From an uncultured Methanosarcinales archaeon (GTDB lineage Archaea > Nanobdellota > Nanobdellia > Woesearchaeales > CAZKBD01): DNA of 36,498 bases. Position 1 is the stretch's first letter. Every line of letters starts with the position of its first letter. A model generated the notes under the pieces. It saw only the letters and a list, made by a program, of their open reading frames with translations, was not told where the DNA came from and did not search any database. Positions 8,700 to 18,800 of this stretch are shown here, piece by piece. The stretch lies in the NCBI GenBank assembly GCA_964550945.1, contig CAZKBD010000009.1, positions 1-36,498 of the forward strand, in the 5' to 3' direction. Both the position numbers and the translations under genes were made by a program.

Positions 8700-9032
8700 T
8701 TTAATTGTAGTTATTTTATTAGTCTGTCTATCCTATATCTACTCTTACCTAAAGTATGTGCCACCTTGGATAGTAGCTGGTAATAATTTATTATTTTTAT
8801 TATTGATTTTTATATCTTATTGGTTAATAATCCACCATTGATTTTAAAATTACAGGTAATTGTTTTTATTTTAAAATTAAATTTTATATTTTGACTTTAA
8901 ACTTTTAATGGTTATAACACAATCATTTTTTTATTATTACTTACTTAAAATCACTCTTGCACATACAATGTAACTTTATATTTATTCTTCACCCCCTTTG
9001 ATAATTAATATTCTCTAATTTAAAAATTTATT

Positions 9033-10373
9033 CTATTTTTCTTTGCCTTTTTTTAGGTTAATCAGAATCATAACAATTAAAGCAATAAGAACAGCATCAA
9101 CCGCTATAAATATTGGATTTTTAAATACTTTATCATAAATCTTCTTAAATAGTGATTCCTTTTTTTCTAAGATAACTGTTTGGTTGTTAGTTGCTCCAGT
9201 AGGCGTTGTTGATAAATTTTCAATAACAACCTCACTTGAGTTTGTTACGTTAATTAGGTCCACCACGCTCTGGTTTATAACAGCACTTTCATTTGCCTCA
9301 ATAGGGATATCTTCCTCTATAGGAATGGTTATATCCTCTGGCACTAAAGGCTCATTAATCTTTAAGAGCTTGTCAAAACTCTTTCTTACATTGTTTGTAA
9401 GGAATTCTGCATGGATCTTTATCGCATAATACTCCTCTTCCTCAACCTTTAATTCTATGGTGGACTCAACTTCTGCTGAAGGTTCTAGAGTCTTTTGCCA
9501 TCTAAACTTATTGTATTCCCGCTCTAGCAATACCGGAACATTCATTATTTTCAGGCCAATGGGAATATCAATATAAAAATTCTCGATCCTGATAGGATAG
9601 CTGCTATGATTGTTCTGTATCTTTATATAGAAGGTTAGCTGATCATTTACACTGGCTCTCTGTGCGCTTAAATTAGCCGCTATCTTTAATTCATAATCAG
9701 GGATTTTGAAACTCTGCGAGTCTGAATACATATATTTTGTTTTCTTGCCATTATAATAGCTTAAGTTCAATTTTGAGGTGTAGTTTGTTTTGGCAGCAGG
9801 TTTTACTGTATAAGAGCATTTCTTCTCTCCATACCTGTCTAAAGAACCACGCCAAATAACCTTATCTCTTTCTATCTCACAGCCAGAAACAGCAGTTATT
9901 ACAAATGGAGATGGAAACCTGTCTGTTATCATCACATCAGTAGCCTCTCTTTCTCCCGAATTAAAAATTACCACATTTACATTAGCCCCTTCATTAATCA
10001 ATAAATCAGTCCTGTCTATTGTTCTTGATAGGTTTATGCAGGCAGGAAGGTCATAAATCACAACCTTAGCTTTATAATAATCCCTATCTTCCTCATAATC
10101 GTGATATGAGGCATTTACTCCTGCAAAGCATATATCATAGAAATCAAGAATCTCACATTCGCCATTTTTAACAGTTACGCTGTTTCCAGTTGGTAGATTA
10201 GCCAATATCCTAGCTGCATCAGATGCAATTATGATATTAAAAGACCGGTTATCCTTTGCAGTAATATTGCTGGTTGAGTTAACCCACCCTTCAACAGCAC
10301 GCTCTTCACATAGGCCATATACATATGGAATTGCAAATAACAAAAATAGCGCTAAATACCTCTTTTTTTGCAT
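9033..10373 (-). CDS. Membrane-anchored surface protein with DUF11/BatD-like Ig domains
   Basis: 446 aa with signal peptide, NSGEREATDVMITDRFP...YTVKP Ig-like motif, Glu/Asn/Thr-rich stalk, C-terminal TM (IFIAVDAVLIALIVMILINL) and KKGKEK. Confidence 0.82.
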   Translation of the reverse strand: MQKKRYLALFLLFAIPYVYGLCEERAVEGWVNSTSNITAKDNRSFNIIIASDAARILANLPTGNSVTVKNGECEILDFYDICFAGVNASYHDYEEDRDYYKAKVVIYDLPACINLSRTIDRTDLLINEGANVNVVIFNSGEREATDVMITDRFPSPFVITAVSGCEIERDKVIWRGSLDRYGEKKCSYTVKPAAKTNYTSKLNLSYYNGKKTKYMYSDSQSFKIPDYELKIAANLSAQRASVNDQLTFYIKIQNNHSSYPIRIENFYIDIPIGLKIMNVPVLLEREYNKFRWQKTLEPSAEVESTIELKVEEEEYYAIKIHAEFLTNNVRKSFDKLLKINEPLVPEDITIPIEEDIPIEANESAVINQSVVDLINVTNSSEVVIENLSTTPTGATNNQTVILEKKESLFKKIYDKVFKNPIFIAVDAVLIALIVMILINLKKGKEK

Positions 10374-10394
10374 AATTTTGTATTTATCATTTAG

Positions 10395-10411
10395 AATATA
10401 AAAAGTTTTTG
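10395..10411 (-). promoter_or_regulatory. BRE-TATA for the 446-aa gene, probably a leaderless transcript
   Basis: Minus strand CAAAAACTTTTTATATT about 25 nt upstream of the ATG at 10373; no RBS visible. Confidence 0.55.
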
Positions 10412-10450
10412 TTATATCTCACTATCAGAAAAAAATTTAAGAAATTAAGT

Positions 10451-10465
10451 AAAAAAAAGAAAAAA
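10451..10465 (-). terminator. Oligo-T terminator after the pilin gene
   Basis: Minus strand TTTTTTCTTTTTTTT just after the stop at 10470. Confidence 0.55.
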
Positions 10466-10469
10466 TGAT

Positions 10470-10922
10470 TTATTCGTATTTAGTTGTTAGGGTTCCTGTT
10501 TTTGAATGTGTAACAGTACTCCCTGATTCTGTATAAGCAACAATTAAATCCTGCGAGTATCTGCCGCTTGCTGAGCCTGGAGTTAAATCACCAATTGCCC
10601 AAGTGCATGTTATTGTGTCTCCTGAGCCCCAATTATCTGCAGCAGTGCATGCTGCTCCACCAGCTACAGCCTCTAAGCTTACTGTTACTGCATCAAGCTC
10701 TTTGCCCATGCCATTTCTTAATACCAATGTGCCTGAACCATCTGTAACTATCTTAAAATCATCACAGCTTATTCCAGGGCCGACTGTACAGCTCTCTGGC
10801 AAGAATCTACTTGGGTTCAATACACCAAAATACGCCAATGCTCCAATTGCGACTAAAACGACTAGGATTGCCCAGCCATAAGTCATCAAGAATTCCATAG
10901 CAGCTTGTGCTTTTTTATACAT
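10470..10922 (-). CDS. Type IV pilin-like protein with class III signal peptide
   Basis: MYKKAQ-AAMEFLMTYGWAILVVLVAIGALAYFGVLNP: basic leader, Q+1/E+5 pattern and hydrophobic helix. The RBS GAGGTG 6 nt upstream favours ATG at 10922 over the GTG at 10931. Confidence 0.9.
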   Translation of the reverse strand: MYKKAQAAMEFLMTYGWAILVVLVAIGALAYFGVLNPSRFLPESCTVGPGISCDDFKIVTDGSGTLVLRNGMGKELDAVTVSLEAVAGGAACTAADNWGSGDTITCTWAIGDLTPGSASGRYSQDLIVAYTESGSTVTHSKTGTLTTKYE

Positions 10923-10994
10923 ATAGTTCACCTCTTTGTTGATGTTTTTTAATTATATTCAAATATATATTAAGTTAATCTATCTACTAACTCC

Positions 10995-11010
10995 TATATA
11001 AAGCTTTTGT
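10995..11010 (-). promoter_or_regulatory. BRE-TATA for the pilin gene
   Basis: Minus strand ACAAAAGCTTTATATA, about 70 nt upstream of the start. Confidence 0.65.
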
Positions 11011-11039
11011 TTTGTTTTTTGGGAAAATGGGTGATAATC

Positions 11040-13568
11040 TCATTCAATTACAAGTTCCCTATGTATGACCCTTCTTATCTTATCATTAGAAATAACAATC
11101 CTGGCATCATAAACCCCTTTTTCAATGAATGGCAGCTCTATTGTCTTTGTTTTAGTGGCTTTCTCCCCTTCCTTAATGTCAAAATCTCCGAAGGCGTAAT
11201 ATAACCCAAGATCATACACCAGTACAGAAATTTTTAAGTCATCTAGATCCTGCTCGCCTTTGTTCTCAAAACTCATGCTTAATTGTAATTCTCCATCAAA
11301 ATCAAGCCTTAGATCACCAACATATAGATCTTTATTAGTTATTGGCTTTTCCTTGCATTTTCCATCAGAGCAGCCATATCTGCATTTTTCTTTTAGTTTA
11401 GGATTAGTGCTGCTTACACAATTGGCGCTGGTTGTTGCCGGATTCTGGCAGCTGTAGCTGACATAGTAATCATATATGCTATCTTTACTGCAGTAAATCT
11501 CATCTAAAAAATAATCAGTTCCGCAATCCTCATCACTCATGCATTCGCCTTGCAGCTCATTCTCACATAAGCATTCATCACAGCTATCTGCTGTTAAAGG
11601 ATTGTTGTCATCACAGCTATCATCATTTTCACATTCAGCATTACATCTTGCGCTATCGCATGTATGTGTTAATCCTATGCTTCCAGCAGTGCAGCTATCA
11701 ATTCCATCATCACAGCTCGAAACAAAACCAGCAAAATAATCAAAAGTTAATGGATTACTGTCCGGGCTATTAAAGCAGGTCTCAATCGGAGCTACATTAT
11801 TAGCAGAGCAATCACGGCTTTCTGAAATGCAGCTATCTGCATTTTCATCGCACATCTCATTCACTGTGCAGAACATAGAATCGCTGCAATCAACAGCAGT
11901 TCCTGCTTGACAGCCATTTACAGCACCACAATACTCTTGCCCATTACAGAATAACCCATCATTACACACACTATCCTGAGGGCTATTATCACATCTGCCA
12001 TCAGCTTCATTACAGCTGTCTAGGGTACAAGATATGCTGTCAGAACAATCTCTGCCAGAGCCGCCAGTGCATATTCCTGAATAGCATGTCTCGCCCATAT
12101 TACAGAATAAGCCATCATTACAACTTAATCCTTCGTTAGCAGTTTGTTTTTCACAATTATCTATATCCTCATTGCAAACGCCTATATTACATTGGTCATC
12201 CAAACCAGAACAATCCACTTCAATTCCAGCTGTACAAGCTGCACTTTGGCAAGTCTCTTGACCATCACAATAGATTCCATTATTGCAATCATCTACAACA
12301 ATTGTTTGGTCTAAAACACAGCTTGCAGCACCGCATGTGTAATCATCATTTTTTATCTCAGTTCCATCGCAGTAATTATTATTCATATCATTACAATCCT
12401 CAACAGTTGTAGTTTCTGCTTGACAAGCATAGCTAACACATCTTCCTTCATCATGTATTATCATATCTCCATTACAATAATCATTATCCCAATTATTGCA
12501 TTCATCATCTGTCTGGCATTCAGTGCATCTCGGATCATCATAACTTATTATTAGAGCCCCACAAGCATTTTGCTCGCAACTGCAGCCAGATAAGCAATTA
12601 TTTGGAATATCTGTATAATCATAATAGTCGTTGCCAACACACCCATCCAAATTGTCGCATTCTGTTGGAGGGCAGTCATCATTTATCTCGCATTCTGCGC
12701 TGCATTGCGCAATATCGCAGCTATGAGTTATTGCTGGGTCTCCTGTTGTGCACGAGCCAGTTGGTTCATTGCATGCAGAAATAAATTCACTCCTAAAATC
12801 CCAGGTAAAGATATTGCCGTCATCCGGGCTGTTAAAGCATGTCTCAATTGGAGCCATATTATTAGCAGAGCAGTCACGAGGATCTGAAGCGCAGCCATCT
12901 ATACTCTCATCGCATCTTTCATTAACTGTGCAGAACATGGAATCGCTGCAGTCAACAGCAGTTCCTTGTTGGCAACCAGCTAAACCATTGCAAGTTTCTG
13001 TACCATCACAAAATACCTCATTACTGCAAAGAGCATCTCCTCCTTCATCAACCCCATTAACGCAATTATCGTCTATTCCATTGCAAATCTCGATCTCGCC
13101 TGGATTCACGTTTGGATTGCTATCATCACAATCTGATTCTGGATAAGTGCAAAGCAGGCTAGCCGGATATCCATAGCCGTCCATATCATCATCAATACAA
13201 TCAGGAACATAAATTATAGTCAAATCAAGCACAGTAGACAATCCAGAATGCCATACGCCTGTTTCTGCGGCTTCATGGCCATCAACAATAAACACAATGT
13301 TATCTCCTTCAATGCCACCCTCTTTCTCAGGCGTGTCTGGATCATCTCCTATCACATCTATAAAATAAAATCCACCCCACGTAAATCCATCATTAGGGTA
13401 ATTAACTCCATTGATAAAAGCTCTTACACCTAATCCATCAGGAGCAGGATACCCATTTATAGTTGCTGTACCCCAAAAATCTGAAGGTATTAGGGGTATA
13501 GCAGATACTATAGATGAAAATATGATCAAAAAGATAGCACTAATTATGAAAGCGAAAATCTTCTGCAT
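11040..13568 (-). CDS. Secreted Cys-rich protein: PxxFWG head domain, MopE-related motif, long disulfide-rich stalk, C-terminal CARDB-like Ig domain
   Basis: 842 aa with RBS AGGGGGA and signal peptide. Motifs IPLIPSDFWGTATINGYPAPDG, DDDMDGYG...EICNGIDDNC, repeated CxDxxFCxxxExC, and C-terminal ENKGEQDLDDLKISV...GVYDARIVISNDKIRRVIHRELVIE. Confidence 0.87.
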   Translation of the reverse strand: MQKIFAFIISAIFLIIFSSIVSAIPLIPSDFWGTATINGYPAPDGLGVRAFINGVNYPNDGFTWGGFYFIDVIGDDPDTPEKEGGIEGDNIVFIVDGHEAAETGVWHSGLSTVLDLTIIYVPDCIDDDMDGYGYPASLLCTYPESDCDDSNPNVNPGEIEICNGIDDNCVNGVDEGGDALCSNEVFCDGTETCNGLAGCQQGTAVDCSDSMFCTVNERCDESIDGCASDPRDCSANNMAPIETCFNSPDDGNIFTWDFRSEFISACNEPTGSCTTGDPAITHSCDIAQCSAECEINDDCPPTECDNLDGCVGNDYYDYTDIPNNCLSGCSCEQNACGALIISYDDPRCTECQTDDECNNWDNDYCNGDMIIHDEGRCVSYACQAETTTVEDCNDMNNNYCDGTEIKNDDYTCGAASCVLDQTIVVDDCNNGIYCDGQETCQSAACTAGIEVDCSGLDDQCNIGVCNEDIDNCEKQTANEGLSCNDGLFCNMGETCYSGICTGGSGRDCSDSISCTLDSCNEADGRCDNSPQDSVCNDGLFCNGQEYCGAVNGCQAGTAVDCSDSMFCTVNEMCDENADSCISESRDCSANNVAPIETCFNSPDSNPLTFDYFAGFVSSCDDGIDSCTAGSIGLTHTCDSARCNAECENDDSCDDNNPLTADSCDECLCENELQGECMSDEDCGTDYFLDEIYCSKDSIYDYYVSYSCQNPATTSANCVSSTNPKLKEKCRYGCSDGKCKEKPITNKDLYVGDLRLDFDGELQLSMSFENKGEQDLDDLKISVLVYDLGLYYAFGDFDIKEGEKATKTKTIELPFIEKGVYDARIVISNDKIRRVIHRELVIE

Positions 13569-13606
13569 AAAATAATCCCCCTAAATGTTATTGTTATCTG
13601 ATAGTA

Positions 13607-13626
13607 GTATATAAATGTTACTATTA
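13607..13626 (-). promoter_or_regulatory. BRE-TATA for the 842-aa gene
   Basis: Minus strand AATAGTAACATTTATATAC about 40 nt upstream of the ATG. Confidence 0.55.
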
Positions 13627-13653
13627 AATGGTAGTTTTAGAAATAAGTTATAA

Positions 13654-15795
13654 TCAAAATTTTCTGATAAGATCTAAAATGCTCCTAAAAAATATAATAA
13701 TGCCCTTCTCTTCAGGATTTGATGCAGCTGCTGGAGTAGCTTTAATCTCTTTAATCTTTTTTGTTTTATTATCAACTTCTGCGGCCTTTTTAACCTCTTC
13801 TGGGCAATCTATATTCAACTGTAATTCTTTATTATCCATTAATAAATTATCTTCATTGTAAACCTTTATTGAAATAGGATATATGTCTGGCTTAATTTTT
13901 TTGGGCGCGATCAAAATATGCGATTTAGTGAATTTTGCATCAGCATCAAGGTTAAAAGCGTCCTTTAACGATATATTAATCAATTTATTTTCAATCCTGC
14001 ATATCATGTTTTCTTCATCTGAAGAGCCTAAATTGAGGATTTCAAGATACAGGTTAGAACTGCTGCCGCATTCAATCTCTTCTGGGTCAATAGCAGCTTC
14101 AGTTATCTTTATTTTATGTTTTTCTTTTTTAACCTCTAAAATTAAACCCCATACATTTTCATGCTTATCCCCATTTTTATCCTTTCCTTCTACATTGATT
14201 ACGACATCAAATTCATCCTCTTCAACTTCTAACGGCACTTTAAATTCAACAGGCTTGCTTTTCTTCCTTTCTGGGTTTATATCTCCCATATCCGCATTGT
14301 CATCTAAATCGTCTCCATCATCAATCCCTTCTATGGTAGCAGTAAAACTAACATCCTTTAAATCAATGCCTTCTTCTTTTGTGAATAAATTTTCAACCTC
14401 AACATTAAACTTTATTTTTGAGCCTGGCTTTGCCTCTCTTCTTATCTTATCGCCATCATTAACACTTTGCCTTTTTCCATCAACTTCAACCTCGACATCA
14501 GAAATCCTCATTTTTGAGCTGTCTGATTGGTCGCAACCATCCCTTGTTTTGATTGAGGAATCTGAATTAGAGCAATTTGACTGGGCTGTTCCCGGATTTG
14601 TGCATTTGTAGTCTCTATAGTACCTATAGGTGTTTCCATCTGTGCAGTATTCTTGGCCAAAATAGCTGTCTGTTCCGCAATCTAAATCAGAATTGCAATC
14701 TATCACCTCAGTAATATTTATGCCTAATTGGTCACACGTTGAATAATAATTGCAGGTTAGTTCATCATCAACACATTTTTCTGTTGATGCGCAATAATCA
14801 GCTGTTGACCAGCTAGTCCAATCTGATATTGTGCCAGAACATGAAGAGCTAGTGCCAGAGCAGTATCTTTGATTGTATCTTACGCCAACATCATTTCCGC
14901 AATTTGTTCCCCAAGGACAGCCATAATCAGTTTCATACTGGGAACTACAAACATAAGAGCTTGGCCTATAATCACATCCATCGCAGCAAGCGCCAGAATC
15001 GCATTCGCAAGCAATAGTACAGCTTGAATCAGAATTACAGCTTGAATCATCATTCGCGCACTTTTCTGTTGATGCACAGTCATCATAAACGATAGTACTA
15101 TCCCATTGCAAAGCACCATTGCAGCTGGATGAAGAGCCAGAACAATATTTATCCTGGTGCCTTACATAGACATCATTGCCACATCCAGTTCCATCTATAC
15201 ACTCATAGTCTGTTGCCACATCTTCCTGGCATTTGTAGCTGGTTGATCTATAATCACATCCATCGCAGCAAGCGCCAGAAGTGCATTCGCAAACAGCAGT
15301 GCAGCTTGGATCTGAAACGCACCTTGATTCAGAACCGCAATCAGAAGGGCACACTCTTGTTTGGCGCATCTGATTATCACTGCAGCTTCCTTCACCACAG
15401 CCATCATCTTGCCATGAAGTGCATTCACAATTAGTTCCGATAGTTAGATCAAGATCAGTTTGTACTCCACTATGCCAAATTCCTGTTTCTGCAGCAGCAT
15501 TGCCATCGATTTTGAACACAATAACATCTCCTTCTTGACCGCCTTCTTTTTGAGCTGTGTCTAAATCATCCGATGCGACAGTAATGCCATATTCGCCACC
15601 TTGGACAATGCCATCTTGAGGATAGTTAACGCCTCCAATAAATGCATTCACAACTAAACCATCAGCAGCAGGCGCTCCATTAATAGTTGCTGAACCATAA
15701 AATTGTGCAGGTAACTGAGGTATAGCAGATACAAATATACCTAACAACACCAAGAAAAAAACTACATTTATCGCAAAAAATTTAGCCTTTGCCAT
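13654..15795 (-). CDS. Secreted Cys-rich protein: PxxFYG head domain, Cys-rich repeats, two charged Ig-like domains (putative S-layer type), C-terminal amphipathic helix
   Basis: 713 aa with signal peptide. Head IPQLPAQFYGSATINGAPAADG, two CxCxSGACCDGC repeats, KPGSKIKFNVEVENLF...IDDGDDL domain, ending GIIIFFRSILDLIRKF. Confidence 0.87.
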   Translation of the reverse strand: MAKAKFFAINVVFFLVLLGIFVSAIPQLPAQFYGSATINGAPAADGLVVNAFIGGVNYPQDGIVQGGEYGITVASDDLDTAQKEGGQEGDVIVFKIDGNAAAETGIWHSGVQTDLDLTIGTNCECTSWQDDGCGEGSCSDNQMRQTRVCPSDCGSESRCVSDPSCTAVCECTSGACCDGCDYRSTSYKCQEDVATDYECIDGTGCGNDVYVRHQDKYCSGSSSSCNGALQWDSTIVYDDCASTEKCANDDSSCNSDSSCTIACECDSGACCDGCDYRPSSYVCSSQYETDYGCPWGTNCGNDVGVRYNQRYCSGTSSSCSGTISDWTSWSTADYCASTEKCVDDELTCNYYSTCDQLGINITEVIDCNSDLDCGTDSYFGQEYCTDGNTYRYYRDYKCTNPGTAQSNCSNSDSSIKTRDGCDQSDSSKMRISDVEVEVDGKRQSVNDGDKIRREAKPGSKIKFNVEVENLFTKEEGIDLKDVSFTATIEGIDDGDDLDDNADMGDINPERKKSKPVEFKVPLEVEEDEFDVVINVEGKDKNGDKHENVWGLILEVKKEKHKIKITEAAIDPEEIECGSSSNLYLEILNLGSSDEENMICRIENKLINISLKDAFNLDADAKFTKSHILIAPKKIKPDIYPISIKVYNEDNLLMDNKELQLNIDCPEEVKKAAEVDNKTKKIKEIKATPAAASNPEEKGIIIFFRSILDLIRKF

Positions 15796-15821
15796 CCCCT
15801 AATTGAGTTAATCAATTCCTC

Positions 15822-15839
15822 ATTAAATAGTTTTCTATT
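15822..15839 (-). promoter_or_regulatory. 18-bp BRE-TATA element, identical to 25224..25241
   Basis: Minus strand AATAGAAAACTATTTAAT upstream of the 713-aa gene. Confidence 0.65.
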
Positions 15840-15876
15840 GTGGAGTACTAAAATTACGGTTTATTGAGAATTATCA

Positions 15877-18800
15877 TCAAGGTATTGTCAAGGACATATT
15901 TTGATTTACCTTAACCCAATATCCATATCCGGGCTTCATTGTAGTTAAAGTGTTCAAGAATCCAGGCCTTGCAGTGCTATAACTTTCCCATATGCCCTCT
16001 TTCCAGGCAAAGACTAATTCTAGATTACTCATAATATCAGTAAATGCAATTGTTAAATTTTCCTCTTCAAGAGAAGGGTAACCAATAAGATTCCATCCCT
16101 GGGCTAGATCAACTACGGCGCCGTTCATAATAGTTCCATTGATCTCTAGGCTATCGCTATTATCCATCTTTATCCAATATCCAAATTCAGGTTTTAGCTC
16201 TGTTAGTGTATTAAGGAATGCTGGCCTTTCAGGAGTGTAAGATTTCCATTCATGCCCAACATCAGAAGCATCATATTCAAACACAATATTATAATTACCT
16301 TCAATTGAAGATAAAGCAGATGGCAATGAGTTATCTACTAGAACAGCCGGTATTGAGATTAAGTTCCAGCCTGATACTAGGTCAATATTTAAGGCTTGGA
16401 TTGTGTATTCAAGAACCGTTATAACTAAATCCTGGCTATCACTTGATTCACCATCACTCACAGTTATATTCACATGATACTCTCCAGCATCTCCTGATTG
16501 AGTCTGCCATGAAAATACGTTGTCATTCTGCACAAACCTTGAGTTATTTATAGAGTAGCTTAATTCATCTTCATCAATATCACCAGCTATTGCAGTTATC
16601 GATACAGTTTTTGTTTCGTTTACAGTTATATCGGCAATATATTCAAGAACAGGCGCATGGTTTATTAGCAGCCAGCCGCTCTCCTGGGTAAGAGGATAAT
16701 TATCACTCTCATTGCTGTTGTTGATGTAGTATGGTGAATCGCAGATGCCGTCAACATTTAAATCAAAGCAATCTTCAATTTCCTGATCGTAATCGCTCCA
16801 ATAATTGCCTTCCATGCCATTATCCCATGTGTTGTTTGCAGTTAAACCTACTTGGTGAAGATTATTGATGATGTTATTATGATAAACAGTGTTGTTTTTA
16901 GAGCTTGGGAATGTAAGGCCATATTGATTGTTAACTATAAAATTATTTTTGATGGTTGAGTTTACAGAAGCGCCTAAACTAAAACCATATGTATTGTTCC
17001 TTATATCATTGGCATCAAAGACATTGTTGTAGGTAACTCCATAATAAGTTGAAGAATGAGAAAATCCTGTAGAGCCTCCAGATACATTGTTACCTTTAAA
17101 TATGCCATTACTTGAATAATGGTCAAAATAGAATCCTGTTGAGCAATGCTTAATTGTGTTGTTTATGTAGTTGTTATAATAAGAATACCACCAAATACGG
17201 AATCCTTGTGAGCAATCATAGACGCTATTGTTCATAAATAAACTGTAAGTAGTATCATACAAAGAAAACCCGGTATAATAACTGCCCCTTAATATGTTGT
17301 CTATGATTGTGTTATTATAGCTATGCCAACCAGTAAATCCTGTGTTGCTATTCCCTATTAGGGTATTTCCTTTTATTAGATGATTACTTGTACCTGTATC
17401 ATCTACCTTATGTGTGCTTATATCTAATGAGTTGTTCACAAAGGTGTTAGCAATTATTCGTTCATAGTTATTATTCAGAAGGATTCCGGTATTGTAATTC
17501 TCAATTCTACAGTTAGTTATTTCGTTATAAGGGTGATAGACCTTTATAGCTGTTCCTGATTTAGTTCCATAAATTAGGGTATTGTCACAATTAACAACAA
17601 TATCAGTAGCGTCTGTATTCAAACCGTCTGGAAGGTAATATTTTCCTGGGCAAAGTGTAGCATTTTCAGTTATTATCATACCATTGACAGGCACAACACA
17701 ATCGCTAGTATCATCAACACCAACTAAGAACCATTCCTTTGAGCTGAAAAAACCATTAACATCAGTTACAACAACAGTTATCCTATCTGTACCTTGATGA
17801 TTGATTGTATAACTTAATGTTGATGATGTTCCAATTTCACTTTTCACAGGAATGCCTTCAACAAACCATGTTATGTTAAGGTCTAAGCCCCTTGGAGAAA
17901 AGGAATCAATTGAGAATTCCTGAGTAGCACCAACATCTACAAAAGAGATATTCGATGCTGGGGAGTAATCAATTATAATAGGAACGTTTTGTACTAATGT
18001 TTCCTGATATTCAGTTGTTATATCTGTGATGTTCTTTGCATAATTGTAAATCTTGAATTCGTCAACATAACTATCTCCATAACCATAATAATAGTTCCTT
18101 CCAATCCACATATACTTGGTTATATCAGGATAGAATGAACAGAATTGGCTATTGGATCCTGCTGATCCATCAATGTAAGTTCTGCCTGTATAACAATCAG
18201 TGCCTGAAGTGCCCCATGTAAAGGCAACGTAATGCCATTTATACTTTCCTGGTGTGCCGTCCCACATCTGAGTCATGTTTGCTGCACTATTCCTTATCTC
18301 AGTTATTATACCTGTGCTAGTGCCCTCATCTCCAAATATTCCCATGCTGTTTGCATGAAGACCAGATAGCCTTCCAATATCAAAATACCCGCTACTGGTC
18401 TGAGATACTCTTTTCTTAAACCAAAACTCGATTGTTCCATTTGAGCTAGGGAAGTTATCTGCAATTGGATATGAAGCAAAAGAGGAAGAAGTGCCATTGA
18501 ATGCTTTATCTCTTATTCCATAGAAGAAAGTTGCTGTCCCATTAACTGTGCCATTTACTGCACCATTGTTAAGTATGATTGATGACAAATTGTCAAAGCT
18601 TTCATAAAAGAGTAAGCCCTCTTCTGAAAGCACTTCAAAATGGCAGGAGCAGCCTGAACAGAAATCATTGGTTGATGAATTCCCATCATCACAGTCATTA
18701 TTTATTTCACATTCTGCGCTGCAATTGGTTATACTACAAGAATGGGTTAATGCAACAGTTCCTGTTGTGCAGCTATCACTAGCTTCATTACAACCAGAAG

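Noticed and set aside
8668..8841. Plus-strand 57-codon hydrophobic open frame resembling a two-TM peptide
   Set aside because: No ATG start or RBS, it overlaps the amrB start head-to-head, and the hydrophobicity is expected from T-rich DNA.
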